DNA from: Candidatus Nanopelagicales bacterium
GTDB lineage: Bacteria > Actinomycetota > Actinomycetes > S36-B12 > UBA10799
Length of the DNA stretch: 64,000 nt
Reading direction: 5' to 3'
NCBI GenBank assembly: GCA_041393775.1
Contig: JAWKJM010000003.1
Location: 30,811-94,810 of the forward strand
Shown here piece by piece: positions 52,383-61,673 of the stretch. Position numbers and translations under genes: made by a program. The stretch's first letter is position 1; the number at the start of each line of letters is the position of its first letter. The notes under the pieces are model-generated. The model searched no databases and was not told the DNA's origin. It worked only from the letters and a program-made list of their open reading frames with translations.

Positions 52383-53261
52383 AAGAGGCCACTGCGGAAC
52401 TGGCCTCGGGCGATGGACGGGCACCACCCCGGCCGCCCGCAGTCGGCGATCCACCGAATCCGGCGCGGACAACTGCTCCCACACCACCCGAAGCAACTGA
52501 TAACCAATCTCCTCGAGCCTGCCCTGCCTGACCTTCTCGCGCACGATCCGATGTTCGGCTTGCCCCGGATGTCGACCGCGGTATTTGATCCGCCCGTCGA
52601 ACTCCAACCCGACCCGGGAGTCGTCGATGAGCAGGTCGATATCGGCGTAGCCGTCGTCGGTACGGACCCGGAACTGACTGGTCACCTCGTAACCCAGATC
52701 GCGCACCACCATGCGGGTCCAGGTCTCACCCGGTGATTCGGACAGTGGATCCGCATTGGCCACGATCCACCTGGCTCGCGCGATTCGATGGATCGGCCCC
52801 GCCGCAGCCAGAGTCTCCTCGAGATCGGCCGTGCTGCACAAACCCTCATGCAGCACAGCGTCAGCCACAATCAGGCCATCGCGGCGCGAAAGCATTCGCG
52901 CCGAGTCGACGACCGTCCAGGCCGGCGTGGTGACCAGGACACCACGATGCAGGACGTAGTCGGCCTCGCCGTGCAGAGCCCGAACGCCGCCGGCATGCCG
53001 GCCACGGCTAATGCCGCGCAGGAAGATCTCGCGGGGTGCCTCCATGACCGGCAGATCCCAGTACAGTGCGGCACTCGGTCCGGCAAGGGCCGCGCCCTGC
53101 CGGACGGCAGCGAGTGCGGCTTCACACCTGAGGGAGTAGAGCTGGTCGGACTCCGCGGCCGGTACATAGACGCCACGCCGGATGATCTGCGCACCCCGGC
53201 AGAGTTCGTCGATCTCGGGCCGGGGGATACCGGCGGCAGTCAGGTCGGCGCGGCGGAACAT
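52377..53261 (-). CDS. AbiEi-like N-terminal domain plus DUF559/Vsr-like (PD-(D/E)xK) endonuclease-fold protein, 294 aa
   Basis: The N-terminus MFRRADLTAAGIPRPEIDELCRGAQIIRRGVYV has a wHTH pattern. The C-terminus reads DIDLLIDDSRVGLEFDGRIKY...REKVRQGRLEEIGYQLLRV. This is a common multi-copy actinobacterial family. Confidence 0.7.
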   Translation of the reverse strand: MFRRADLTAAGIPRPEIDELCRGAQIIRRGVYVPAAESDQLYSLRCEAALAAVRQGAALAGPSAALYWDLPVMEAPREIFLRGISRGRHAGGVRALHGEADYVLHRGVLVTTPAWTVVDSARMLSRRDGLIVADAVLHEGLCSTADLEETLAAAGPIHRIARARWIVANADPLSESPGETWTRMVVRDLGYEVTSQFRVRTDDGYADIDLLIDDSRVGLEFDGRIKYRGRHPGQAEHRIVREKVRQGRLEEIGYQLLRVVWEQLSAPDSVDRRLRAAGVVPVHRPRPVPQWPLR

Positions 53262-53335
53262 GACTCAACTTTCGCCCGCGCGCAGCCGCCGGAAGGCGTC
53301 GGCGACGGATCTGTGGATTGGTGGGGTTCCCTGCC

Positions 53336-53412
53336 GTTCGTCGGCCTTCGTGCAGTTGGTTGCCGTTCGTCGCGCGACGAGCGTCAACCAACTGCACGAA
53401 CGGCGACCAACG
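53336..53412. repeat. Hairpin-containing direct repeat, family H copy B (75 nt upstream of the DUF559-like gene)
   Basis: The sequence is GTTCGTCGGCCTTCGTGCAGTTGGTTGCCGTTCGTCGCGCGACGAGCGTCAACCAACTGCACGAACG. A perfect 13-bp stem pairs 53350-53362 with 53385-53397. Confidence 0.75.
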
Positions 53413-53481
53413 TCGCTCTTGGCGGCGTGCCGAGTCACGCTACACCTGCGGCGTCAGCGCGTCGATCGGACGAGGGGCCGG

Positions 53482-54666
53482 TCACCCCCGCCGCGCCGGT
53501 GTCCCCCGGTTGAGGTGCGCCATCGCCTCGGTGAGCCCCTCGGTCGTCAGCGGGAACATCTCGACGACCCGCCCGACCTCCTCGATCGTCGTCCCGGTCC
53601 AGCGGGAGAGGGGCTCGGGGTTGAGCCAGCAGGAATCCCGGAAATGGTCGGTCAGGATCCGCAGCCACTCGATGCCCGGCACCCGGGTGGAGTCGGTGGC
53701 GCTCCAGGGCCCGGCCTGCCCCAGTTCGTAGGGCGCCATGAACGCATCGCCGACCATGATCAGCTTGTAGTGCGGCCCGCATTCCCGCAGCAGGTCGTGC
53801 ACCCAGGTCGGCTCTGTGAAGCGGTCCGTGCCGTAGACCTTGCCGTAGACGCAGTTGTGGAAGTAGTAGGTCCGCAGTTCCTTGAAGTGGGTCGCCTTCT
53901 TCGTCGCGCTGAACAACTGGCTCATCAGTTGCGAGTAGGGGAACATGGACCCGCCGACGTCGATCATCAGCACCACGTGCGTGTTGGGTTTGCTCGGCGG
54001 GCGGGTCACCACCTCGATCTCACCGGCGTTGCGGGCGGTCTCGTCGATGGTCGCCTCGATGTCCAGTTCGACTTCGGCACCCTCCCGCACGAACGCCCGC
54101 AGCCGCCGCAGTGCCACCTCCATCTGCCGGATGTCCAGCGTCACGTCGGAGCGGTACGGCCGGTAGGAGCGCATGTCCGCGATCCGGATCGCCGCCCGGC
54201 CGCCGCCGGAACTGCCGGTGCTCAAACCCTGCGCGGCGGACCCGGCCTGTCCGAGCGGGGACGCGCCGCCGGTGCCGATCCAGTACGGCCCGCCGTCGTG
54301 GCGCTCCTGCTGCTCGCGCTTGCGCTGCTCGAACATCTCCAATAGTTCGGTGACGTCCGGCATCCCGGCGGACTCGGGCAATTCGTCCAGCCGCCCGGAC
54401 TGCTCGTCGAGCCACTCCCGCAGTTGCTCGGTCAGCGACGTGTCCCAGTCGAGGTCGCCGTACTCCGCGAGGAACGCCCGGTCGAAGGCGTCGAGGTGGC
54501 CCTCGTGGTGGATGAGTGTCGCACGCGCGGCGTAGTAGAAACCCCGCACGCTGTCGTCGTGCGCTCCGGCCCGCAGGGCCGCCGACAGGGCCAGCGCCTC
54601 GGTCGGCCCGACCGCGACGTCCTGCTCCCGCAGCCGGTAGAGCAGCCCGAGGAAGAACGGTCCCAT
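53482..54666 (-). CDS. VWA-domain protein, CoxE-like (MoxR partner), 394 aa
   Basis: The N-terminus is FFLGLLYRLREQDVAVGPTEALALSAAL. The C-terminal VWA-like region reads VVLMIDVGGSM.... The start overlaps the MoxR stop by 1 nt. Confidence 0.75.
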   Translation of the reverse strand: MGPFFLGLLYRLREQDVAVGPTEALALSAALRAGAHDDSVRGFYYAARATLIHHEGHLDAFDRAFLAEYGDLDWDTSLTEQLREWLDEQSGRLDELPESAGMPDVTELLEMFEQRKREQQERHDGGPYWIGTGGASPLGQAGSAAQGLSTGSSGGGRAAIRIADMRSYRPYRSDVTLDIRQMEVALRRLRAFVREGAEVELDIEATIDETARNAGEIEVVTRPPSKPNTHVVLMIDVGGSMFPYSQLMSQLFSATKKATHFKELRTYYFHNCVYGKVYGTDRFTEPTWVHDLLRECGPHYKLIMVGDAFMAPYELGQAGPWSATDSTRVPGIEWLRILTDHFRDSCWLNPEPLSRWTGTTIEEVGRVVEMFPLTTEGLTEAMAHLNRGTPARRG

Positions 54667-55481
54667 CAGAACCGCCGCGAGGACCGGGACCGGAAGGCCT
54701 CGATGTCCTGCTCCTTCTTTAGCAGGGTTCCCAGGAACGGGGTGGCGTCGTCGAGTTCCACGGTCTCGACGCCGGTGGTCCGGAGCATCGCGATCCAGTC
54801 CACCAGTTCGCTGGTGCTCGGGGGCTTGCGGATGCGGTCCATGCCGCGCACCGCGAAGAACGCGCTCAAAGCCTGGTCCAGCAGGTCCCGGTCGAGACCC
54901 GGGTGATGAACGTCCACGATCCGCGCCATGAGATCGCGGTCCGGGAAGTCGATGTAGTGGAAGATGCAGCGGCGCAGGAACGCATCGGGCAGTTCCTTCT
55001 CCGCGTTGCTGGTGATGATGACCACCGGCCGGTGCGCCGCGGCCACCTCGTCGCCGGTCTCCATGACCGTGAACCGCATCCGGTCGAGTTCGTGCAGCAG
55101 GTCGTTGGGGAACTCGATGTCGGCCTTGTCGATCTCGTCGATGAGCAGCACCACCCGCTCGGGGGACTGGAAGGCCAGGCCGAGCGCGCCCATGTGGATG
55201 TACTCGCGGATGTCGCGCACGTCGTGGTCGCCGAACCGGGAGTCGTACAACCTCTGCACCGTGTCGTAGTGGTACAGCCCTTCCTGGGCACGGGTCGTGC
55301 TCTTGACGTGCCAGGTGATCAGCGGCATGCCGAGCGCCTGGGCCACGGCTTCGGCCAGTAGCGTCTTGCCGGTGCCGGGCTCGCCGCGCACCAGCAGCGG
55401 CTTCTCCAGCACCAGCGAGCAGCGCACGGCCGCCTCCAGCGCGGGGTTGGTCAGGTAGGCCTCGGTGCCGGTGAACTCCAC
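54666..55481 (-). CDS. MoxR/CoxD-like AAA+ ATPase, ~271 aa
   Basis: Walker A is VRGEPGTGKTLLAEAVA and Walker B is VVLLIDEIDKADIEFPNDLL. I chose the GTG start at 55481 (MEFTGTEAYL); the exact start is uncertain. Confidence 0.8.
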   Translation of the reverse strand: MEFTGTEAYLTNPALEAAVRCSLVLEKPLLVRGEPGTGKTLLAEAVAQALGMPLITWHVKSTTRAQEGLYHYDTVQRLYDSRFGDHDVRDIREYIHMGALGLAFQSPERVVLLIDEIDKADIEFPNDLLHELDRMRFTVMETGDEVAAAHRPVVIITSNAEKELPDAFLRRCIFHYIDFPDRDLMARIVDVHHPGLDRDLLDQALSAFFAVRGMDRIRKPPSTSELVDWIAMLRTTGVETVELDDATPFLGTLLKKEQDIEAFRSRSSRRF

Positions 55482-55554
55482 GGGGACCAGCCTAGGCTCT
55501 CCAACCCGACAGTGGGCCTGGCCCCATCGTTGCCGAGCCGCGCACAATGACCGC

Positions 55555-56016
55555 ATGACCTCCTACACCGTGATCGAACGCACTGCCGTCCTGGGCGCCT
55601 CACCCGAACGCATCCTGACCCTGCTGACGGACCTGCGCGCATGGCAGCGGTGGTCGCCCTGGGAGGGCCTCGACGCTAATCTGACCCGCACCTACTCGGG
55701 TCCCCACACCGGAGTCGGCGCGACCTATGCGTGGTCCGGCAACCGCAAGGCCGGCAGCGGGGTGATGACCATCACCGGCGTCACCGACACCACCGTGGAC
55801 ATCGACCTCACGTTCACCCGGCCGTTCAAGTCCGCGAACCGCACCGGCTTCACGCTGGCGCCGGAGGGCGACGCGACTCGCGTGACATGGCGGATGGAGG
55901 CACCCCGGACACTCGGCATGCGGATCGCCGGGTTGTTCATGAACATGGACAAGTCGATCGGCGGTGATTTCGAGAAGGGGCTCGCGGCACTCAAGGGCGT
56001 CGTGGAGGGCCCGTGA
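55555..56016 (+). CDS. SRPBCC (polyketide cyclase/START-like) family protein, 153 aa
   Basis: MTSYTVIERTAVLGASPERILTLLTDLRAWQRWSPW is a typical SRPBCC N-terminus. The ORF-track start at 55465 is an extension. Confidence 0.75.
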   Translation: MTSYTVIERTAVLGASPERILTLLTDLRAWQRWSPWEGLDANLTRTYSGPHTGVGATYAWSGNRKAGSGVMTITGVTDTTVDIDLTFTRPFKSANRTGFTLAPEGDATRVTWRMEAPRTLGMRIAGLFMNMDKSIGGDFEKGLAALKGVVEGP

Positions 56017-56061
56017 GATCCACCCGGCACTGCGGCTCCCGCCCGACCTAGACTCGACGCC

Positions 56062-57480
56062 GTGGCGGAACGCAGACTCTCCCCGGCCGACGCGGCCTGG
56101 CTGTACAGCGAGTGGGAGAAGAACAACCAGACGGTATCGGCGCTGATGTGGCTCGACCGCGAGATCGACCCCGACGACTACATCGCGATCGTGCAGGAGC
56201 GAATGGTGGACCGGTACCCCACCTTCAGCCAGCGCATCCGGAAGTCCCGAAACCCGCTCATGATGCCGCACTGGGAGGACGACCCGGACTTTGACATCGG
56301 CAACCACGTGGAGGTCCTGCACCTGCCGGCGCCGGGCAGCAAGGAGCAACTGGCCGAGCTCATCTCGCAGCAGCGCGGACAGATGCTCGACCGCGAACGG
56401 CCCCTGTGGAAGATGTACGTGATCCAGGGCTACCGCGGCAACACCACCGCGATCCACGGCCGCATCCAGCACAGCATCGCGGATGGCTGGGCACTGGTGC
56501 GTGTCGTGCTCTCGCTGTGCGACGACAGCCCCGACGTCGAACGGCCCGAGACGGTGGACAAGAGGCGCCGGCGCAAGCGCGACCTCGTGGCCAAGGCTGC
56601 CGGCCCGGCGGTCGACGTGGTCACGAAGCCCATGGAGGTCCTGCAGGACACCGTCAACACAGCCCTGCATCCGCAGCGGTTCATCGAGTTCGGCAGCGAC
56701 GCCCTCGACGTTCTCGGGACCGGCGCGGAGGGCGCCAGGAACGCCCTCGAGTTCCTCTTCGCGCCACGGCCGGGCAAGACGATCCTGCACGGCACAGTCA
56801 GCGGCGAGAAGAAGCTCGACTGGATCGAACCGGTGGGGCTGCAACAGGTCAAGGACATCGGCAAGGCCGCCGGCGCGACGATCAACGACGTGCTGCTGGC
56901 GGTCCTCACCAACGCGCTGCGCAAGTACCTCGTGGAGAACGACGCGTTGACCGTCGACGAACTCTTCACCGCGGTACCGGTGAGTCTGCGCAGACCCGAC
57001 GCCGAGCTGCCGCGCACGCTGGGCAACCGGTTCGGGCTGATCCCGGTGCTGCTGCCGGTCAGCATCGAGGACCCGGTGGAGCAGTTGCACGAGATCAAGC
57101 GCCGCATCGACGAGATCAAGGAGTCGCAGATGCCGATCGTCTCGTTCGGCCTGACCTCGGTCGGGGCGCTGGCCACCCCCGAGGTCGACCGCATGCTCCA
57201 CAAGATCACCCAGGAGCACTCGATCGGCGTGACCACCAACGTGCCCGGACCGCGCCACGAGATCTACGTCGCCGGCGGCAAGGTGCTGGGGATGTGGGGA
57301 ATGGGCGGCTTGAGCGGGAACATGAACCTCTCGTTCGGGATCTTCAGCCTCAACAACGAGCTGAACTTCTCCGTGCACAGCGACACCGGGATCACCGACG
57401 ACCCGGAGCGGATATTGGAGTTGTTCCTGGACTCCATCGCCGAACTGAAGGCCGAGGTGCTCGATGCCGGGGTTGTTTGA
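56062..57480 (+). CDS. Wax ester synthase / diacylglycerol acyltransferase (WS/DGAT) family protein, 472 aa
   Basis: The active-site motif HHxxxDG appears as QHSIADGWAL. Also present are the N-terminus LSPADAAWLY and the C-terminus TNVPGP. Confidence 0.85.
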   Translation: MAERRLSPADAAWLYSEWEKNNQTVSALMWLDREIDPDDYIAIVQERMVDRYPTFSQRIRKSRNPLMMPHWEDDPDFDIGNHVEVLHLPAPGSKEQLAELISQQRGQMLDRERPLWKMYVIQGYRGNTTAIHGRIQHSIADGWALVRVVLSLCDDSPDVERPETVDKRRRRKRDLVAKAAGPAVDVVTKPMEVLQDTVNTALHPQRFIEFGSDALDVLGTGAEGARNALEFLFAPRPGKTILHGTVSGEKKLDWIEPVGLQQVKDIGKAAGATINDVLLAVLTNALRKYLVENDALTVDELFTAVPVSLRRPDAELPRTLGNRFGLIPVLLPVSIEDPVEQLHEIKRRIDEIKESQMPIVSFGLTSVGALATPEVDRMLHKITQEHSIGVTTNVPGPRHEIYVAGGKVLGMWGMGGLSGNMNLSFGIFSLNNELNFSVHSDTGITDDPERILELFLDSIAELKAEVLDAGVV

Positions 57481-57919
57481 CCTCGACGCCGACGACCCGC
57501 AGCTGGCCGCCGACATCCGCGCGGCGTTCGCCGCCGGGAAGCACGCCACGATGGCCACGCTGCGAGCCGATGGAGCACCCCGGATCAGCGGCACGGAGGT
57601 CGAGTTCGAGCACGGCCAGGTCTTCATCGGCAGCGGCAACGACGCCCGCAAGAGCCTCGACCTGCAGCGCGACCCGCGGGTGGCGATCCACAGCCCGACC
57701 CGCGACCCGGTGTCGGCCACCGAGTGGGCGGGAGAGGCGAAACTCAACGGGGTGGCGGTTCCGGTGCCGGTGCCGGAGCACTACCCGCCCGGCGCTGTAC
57801 GGTTCCGGATCGACCTGACCAGCGCGGTCCACACGGGGCTCAGCGACGAGACCCCGCCCCGGCTGCGGATCCGGCTGTGGCGCCCCGGCCGCGCTGTGGA
57901 GACGATGCTCCGGGCGTAG
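57464..57919 (+). CDS. Pyridoxamine 5-prime-phosphate oxidase family (FMN-binding split barrel) protein, 151 aa
   Basis: The pattern is HATMATLRADGAPRISGTEVEFEHGQVFIGSGNDARKSLDLQRDPRVAIH. It overlaps the upstream gene by 17 nt. Confidence 0.7.
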   Translation: MPGLFDLDADDPQLAADIRAAFAAGKHATMATLRADGAPRISGTEVEFEHGQVFIGSGNDARKSLDLQRDPRVAIHSPTRDPVSATEWAGEAKLNGVAVPVPVPEHYPPGAVRFRIDLTSAVHTGLSDETPPRLRIRLWRPGRAVETMLRA

Positions 57920-57929
57920 ACTCCGGCGC

Positions 57930-58682
57930 ATGCTGCCCTCCGATGTCCAGGCATTCATCGATTCCGAGATCGCCGCGAACAGCACCGACTACAGCGATCT
58001 GCGGGCGGTCTTCCTCAACGGAACGCTCAAGCGTTCACCGGAAATGAGCCACACCGAGGCACTGATCGCGATCAGCCGGCACATCCTCGAAGGTGTCGGG
58101 GTGCGCACCGATGTAGTACGGACTGTGGACCACGTGATCCCGCCTGGCGTGCAGCCCGACATGCGCGAGCACGGCTGGGAGCGCGACGACTTCCCGCAGA
58201 TCTACCGCGACCTCGTCGAGCCGGCCGACATCGTGGTGCTGGCCACGCCGATCTGGCTCGGCGACCAGTCCTCCCCCACCCGCTTGGCGATCGAGCGCCT
58301 GTATGGGTGGTCGGGGAAGGTCAACGACGCAGGTCAGTGGGCGTACTACGGCAAGGTCGGTGGGGTGTTGATCACCGGGAACGAGGACGGCGCCAAGCAC
58401 TGCGCCGCCCAGATGCTGTACGCGTTGAGCCACATCGGTCTCGCCGTGCCACCGCAGGCCGACGGCTACTGGGTGGGCGAGGCAGGACCCGGGCCGAGCT
58501 ACCTCGACGACAACCGCGGCGCCCACAACCACTGGACGACCCGCAACACTGTGTTCATGACCTGGAACATGCTGCATCTGGCCCGCATGCTCAAGGACGC
58601 CGGCGGGATCCCCGCAGTCGGCAACGACACCCGCGACTGGGACCTCTCGGATCCGGACCACCCGAACCCCGAGTACCGCTGA
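57930..58682 (+). CDS. Flavodoxin-like NAD(P)H-dependent FMN reductase family protein, 250 aa
   Basis: Motifs are VFLNGTLKRSPEMSHTE and ADIVVLATPIWLGDQSS. Confidence 0.75.
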   Translation: MLPSDVQAFIDSEIAANSTDYSDLRAVFLNGTLKRSPEMSHTEALIAISRHILEGVGVRTDVVRTVDHVIPPGVQPDMREHGWERDDFPQIYRDLVEPADIVVLATPIWLGDQSSPTRLAIERLYGWSGKVNDAGQWAYYGKVGGVLITGNEDGAKHCAAQMLYALSHIGLAVPPQADGYWVGEAGPGPSYLDDNRGAHNHWTTRNTVFMTWNMLHLARMLKDAGGIPAVGNDTRDWDLSDPDHPNPEYR

Positions 58683-58688
58683 CGCGCT

Positions 58689-59567
58689 TCAGTCCAGTCC
58701 CCATGCGGCCAACGCCGCCCGCGCGACCTCGTCCCCGTGCTCCTGGACGAAATGCCCGGCCTCGAGCAGGAGGGGCTCGGGGCATCCCTTGATCACGTTG
58801 CGCATCAACTCCATGACCTTCGGGCCGAGCACCGGGTCCAGGGTCCCGACCGCCATGAACGACTGGCCCGAGAACTGGGTGTTCCACCACATCGCCGCCT
58901 GCCGCGAGACCCCGACCCCGTCGGCATCCTCGCTGGTGGGTACCAAGGCCGGGAACCTGCGCACGCCCGCCTTGTACGAGGCGTCCGGGAAGGGCGCATC
59001 GTAGGCGGCGATCTCGGCAGGGGTCAGCGACGGCTCGGAGCGCGCCATGAGTTCGCCGACGTTGAAGTCCGGCGTGTTGGCGACGTAGTCCCGCCAGGCG
59101 AGGAAACCCCTGCTGGGCGGACTCCCAACGCCCATCCCAGTGTTCATGATCAGCAGCCGTTGCACCAGGTCCGGGTGGGTAACCGGCAACGTGAGCCCGA
59201 GCACGCCGCCCCAGTCCTGCACCACCAGGGTGACCCGTTCCAGCCCGAGGGCATCGACGAACCCCAGCATCGAGTTGTAGTGGAAGTCCCAGGTGTAGTC
59301 GGCGTCGTCGACGGGCTTGTCGCTGCGGCCGAAGCCGAACCAGTCCGGGGCGATGACCCGCATTCCGGCGCCGGAGAACACCGGGATCATCTTGCGGTAG
59401 AGGTAACCCCACGTCGGCTCGCCGTGCAGGCACAGAACAACCTCCCCGTCCGCTGGGCCGACATCGGCATAAGCCATCCGCAGACCGCCCACCTCCACGT
59501 ACTCGGGCGGCCAGGGGAAATCGGGCAGGTCGGCGAACCGGTCCTCGGGGGTGCGCAGGATGTCCAT
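58689..59567 (-). CDS. Haloalkane dehalogenase (HLD-I-like alpha/beta hydrolase), 292 aa
   Basis: Motifs are RTPEDRFADLPDFPW, LHGEPTWGYLYRKMIP, the nucleophile context VVQDWGG, and a C-terminal GHFVQE. Confidence 0.85.
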   Translation of the reverse strand: MDILRTPEDRFADLPDFPWPPEYVEVGGLRMAYADVGPADGEVVLCLHGEPTWGYLYRKMIPVFSGAGMRVIAPDWFGFGRSDKPVDDADYTWDFHYNSMLGFVDALGLERVTLVVQDWGGVLGLTLPVTHPDLVQRLLIMNTGMGVGSPPSRGFLAWRDYVANTPDFNVGELMARSEPSLTPAEIAAYDAPFPDASYKAGVRRFPALVPTSEDADGVGVSRQAAMWWNTQFSGQSFMAVGTLDPVLGPKVMELMRNVIKGCPEPLLLEAGHFVQEHGDEVARAALAAWGLD

Positions 59568-59587
59568 GGTGCGACGGTAGCGCGGGA

Positions 59588-59896
59588 ACGACGGGTAGAG
59601 GACGGCTCAGCGTGACGTACAACGCAAAACCATGAACGAGACGCCCTCCCGACACGCCGAGCAACAACGGGGAGCAGCGGCGCGTCGCCGCCGGACGTTT
59701 TGCGAAGTGCTTCGCGAACCGGCCGCAACCGGCCACGTCACCGTCCGCAAGACGACGGGTAGAGAACGGCTCAGCGTGACGCACAACGCAAACCATGAAC
59801 GAGACGCCCTCCCGACACGCCGAGTACAGCGGGGAGCAGCGGCGTGCCGCCACCGGACGTTTTGCGAAGTGCTTCGCGAACCGGCCGCAACCGGCC
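59588..59896. repeat. Tandem direct repeat: two ~145-nt units (59588-59734, 59752-59896; period 164 nt) in a divergent promoter region
   Basis: Both units begin ACGACGGGTAGAG(G/A)ACGGCTCAGCGTGACG and end GGACGTTTTGCGAAGTGCTTCGCGAACCGGCCGCAACCGGCC, with only a few substitutions or indels between them. Each contains the CGCAAAAC...GTTTTGCG inverted repeat and the GCGAAGTGCTTCGC hairpin. Confidence 0.85.
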
Positions 59897-60033
59897 GCCG
59901 TTCGACACCTCGAGGCGTCACGGCCGGCCGGTTCGGCCCAGCGGTGCAGGCGCACAGCGGTGACCGCCGCCGGACTCCCACCAGGCCACCCGAACCATGG
60001 GCGCGGCGGCTGCAACGCAGGTACCGTTTCCCC

Positions 60034-61512
60034 ATGCCCACCACCGCACTGACCTTCGAGAGTCACTCCCCTGCCGACGGCCGCGTCATCGGCACCTTCC
60101 CGATCATGGAGGCCGACGCTGTCCAGGAGACCGTCGACCGCGCCCGGATCGCTGCGAGTTGGTGGGTGAACCTCGGTTTCGACGGCCGCCGCGAGCGGCT
60201 GCTGAAGTTCAAGGCGATCGTCGCCAAGCGCTCCAAAGAACTCGCCGAACTCGTGCACGCCGAGAACGGCAAACCGATGGACGACGCACTGCTGGAGATC
60301 ATCCTCTCGGTGGAACACATCAACTGGGCAGCGCTGAACGCACAGTCGGTGCTCAAGCGCCGTTCGGTGCGCCCTGGCGTGCTGACCCTCAACCAGGCAG
60401 CACACGTGCAGTACCAGGCGCTCGGGGTCGTCGGGGTGATCGGACCGTGGAACTACCCGGTCTTCACCCCGATCGGGTCGATCGCGTACGCCTTGGCCGC
60501 TGGGAATGCCGTCGTGTTCAAACCTTCCGAGTTCACCCCGGCGGTAGGCAAGTGGCTGATCGACGCCCTCATCGAGGTGATCCCCGAGCAGCCGGTCGCG
60601 CAGTTGATCACCGGCAAGGGCGCCACCGGCGCCGCCCTGTGCGAGGCCGGGGTCGACAAGATCTCCTTCACCGGTTCCACCCCGACCGGCAAGAAGGTGA
60701 TGGCCGCCTGCGCGGACTCGTTGACCCCGGTACTGCTCGAGTGTGGCGGCAAGGACGCGGTCCTGGTGGACAAGGACGCGGACCTGAACAAGGCGGCCGA
60801 TGCCGCCACCTTCGGCGCCTTCAGCAACGCCGGCCAGACGTGCGTGGGAGTGGAGCGGGTCTACGTGCACCACGAGGTCTACGACGAGTTCCTGGCTTTG
60901 GTCGCGGAGAAAGCGCGGGCGCTGGAACCCGGCCACGGCCCCGACTCCTCCTACGGCCCAATGACGATGCCGTCGCAGATCGAGGTGGTCCGCGAGCATG
61001 TCCGCGACGCACTGGAGCGCGGTGGCCGGGCAGTTGTGGGCGGACCGGAGTCGGTCGGTGAAGGCGTCGTGGAGCCGATCGTTCTGGCCGGAGTCCCGGA
61101 GGATTCGCTGGCGGTGATGGAGGAGACCTTCGGTCCCACGCTCGTGGTCAATCCGGTGCGGGACCTCGACGAAGCCGTCGACCGCGCGAACGCGGCCGAC
61201 TTCGGGCTCGCCGCGTCGGTTTTCTCGAGCAGCCGGGCCACGATGGAACGCGCCGCCTCCCAGCTGCGCGTGGGCATGGTGAGCATGAACTCGTGGGTGA
61301 TGTACGCAGGGGTTTCCGCACTGCCCTGGGGCGGCGTGGGCCAGTCCGGCTTCGGACGGATCCACGGACCCGACGGCCTGCGCGAGTTCGCCCGCTCCAA
61401 GTCCACCGTTCGCGAGCGGTTCGCCCTGCCGATCCCGCTGATCAGCTTCGCCCGGCATCCTCGCACGACCGAGGTGGTTCGCAAGATCACCTCGGCGATC
61501 CACGGCCGCTGA
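60034..61512 (+). CDS. NAD(P)-dependent aldehyde dehydrogenase, 492 aa
   Basis: ATG 60034 gives MPTTALTFESHSPADG.... Motifs are IGPWNYP, the catalytic-Cys context LLECGGKD (as I read it), NAGQTCVGVER and ETFGP. The ORF-track start at 59632 runs through the tandem repeat and is rejected. Confidence 0.85.
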   Translation: MPTTALTFESHSPADGRVIGTFPIMEADAVQETVDRARIAASWWVNLGFDGRRERLLKFKAIVAKRSKELAELVHAENGKPMDDALLEIILSVEHINWAALNAQSVLKRRSVRPGVLTLNQAAHVQYQALGVVGVIGPWNYPVFTPIGSIAYALAAGNAVVFKPSEFTPAVGKWLIDALIEVIPEQPVAQLITGKGATGAALCEAGVDKISFTGSTPTGKKVMAACADSLTPVLLECGGKDAVLVDKDADLNKAADAATFGAFSNAGQTCVGVERVYVHHEVYDEFLALVAEKARALEPGHGPDSSYGPMTMPSQIEVVREHVRDALERGGRAVVGGPESVGEGVVEPIVLAGVPEDSLAVMEETFGPTLVVNPVRDLDEAVDRANAADFGLAASVFSSSRATMERAASQLRVGMVSMNSWVMYAGVSALPWGGVGQSGFGRIHGPDGLREFARSKSTVRERFALPIPLISFARHPRTTEVVRKITSAIHGR

Positions 61513-61618
61513 CTCACGCTCTGGCCTCCATCTCGTGGCCAAGTTTCGCGCCCCCGGCACAATCGGCCGCACGAGGGGGGCATCTGCGTCCGTTATGCAC
61601 CTTCTGACCCCATCTGTG

Positions 61619-61665
61619 CCTCCATCTGCTGGCAGCGCGAAGGGCACCCGGCCAGCAGATGGAGG
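61619..61665. terminator. Perfect 15-bp stem hairpin between convergent genes (bidirectional terminator candidate)
   Basis: CCTCCATCTGCTGGC (61619-61633) pairs with GCCAGCAGATGGAGG (61651-61665) around a 17-nt loop. Confidence 0.6.
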
Positions 61666-61673
61666 GACGAGGC

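Noticed and set aside
59588-59896. Possible CRISPR array, because of direct repeats
   Set aside because: There are only two units of ~145 nt with a 17-nt spacer. That is far from CRISPR repeat/spacer geometry, and no cas genes are in the window.
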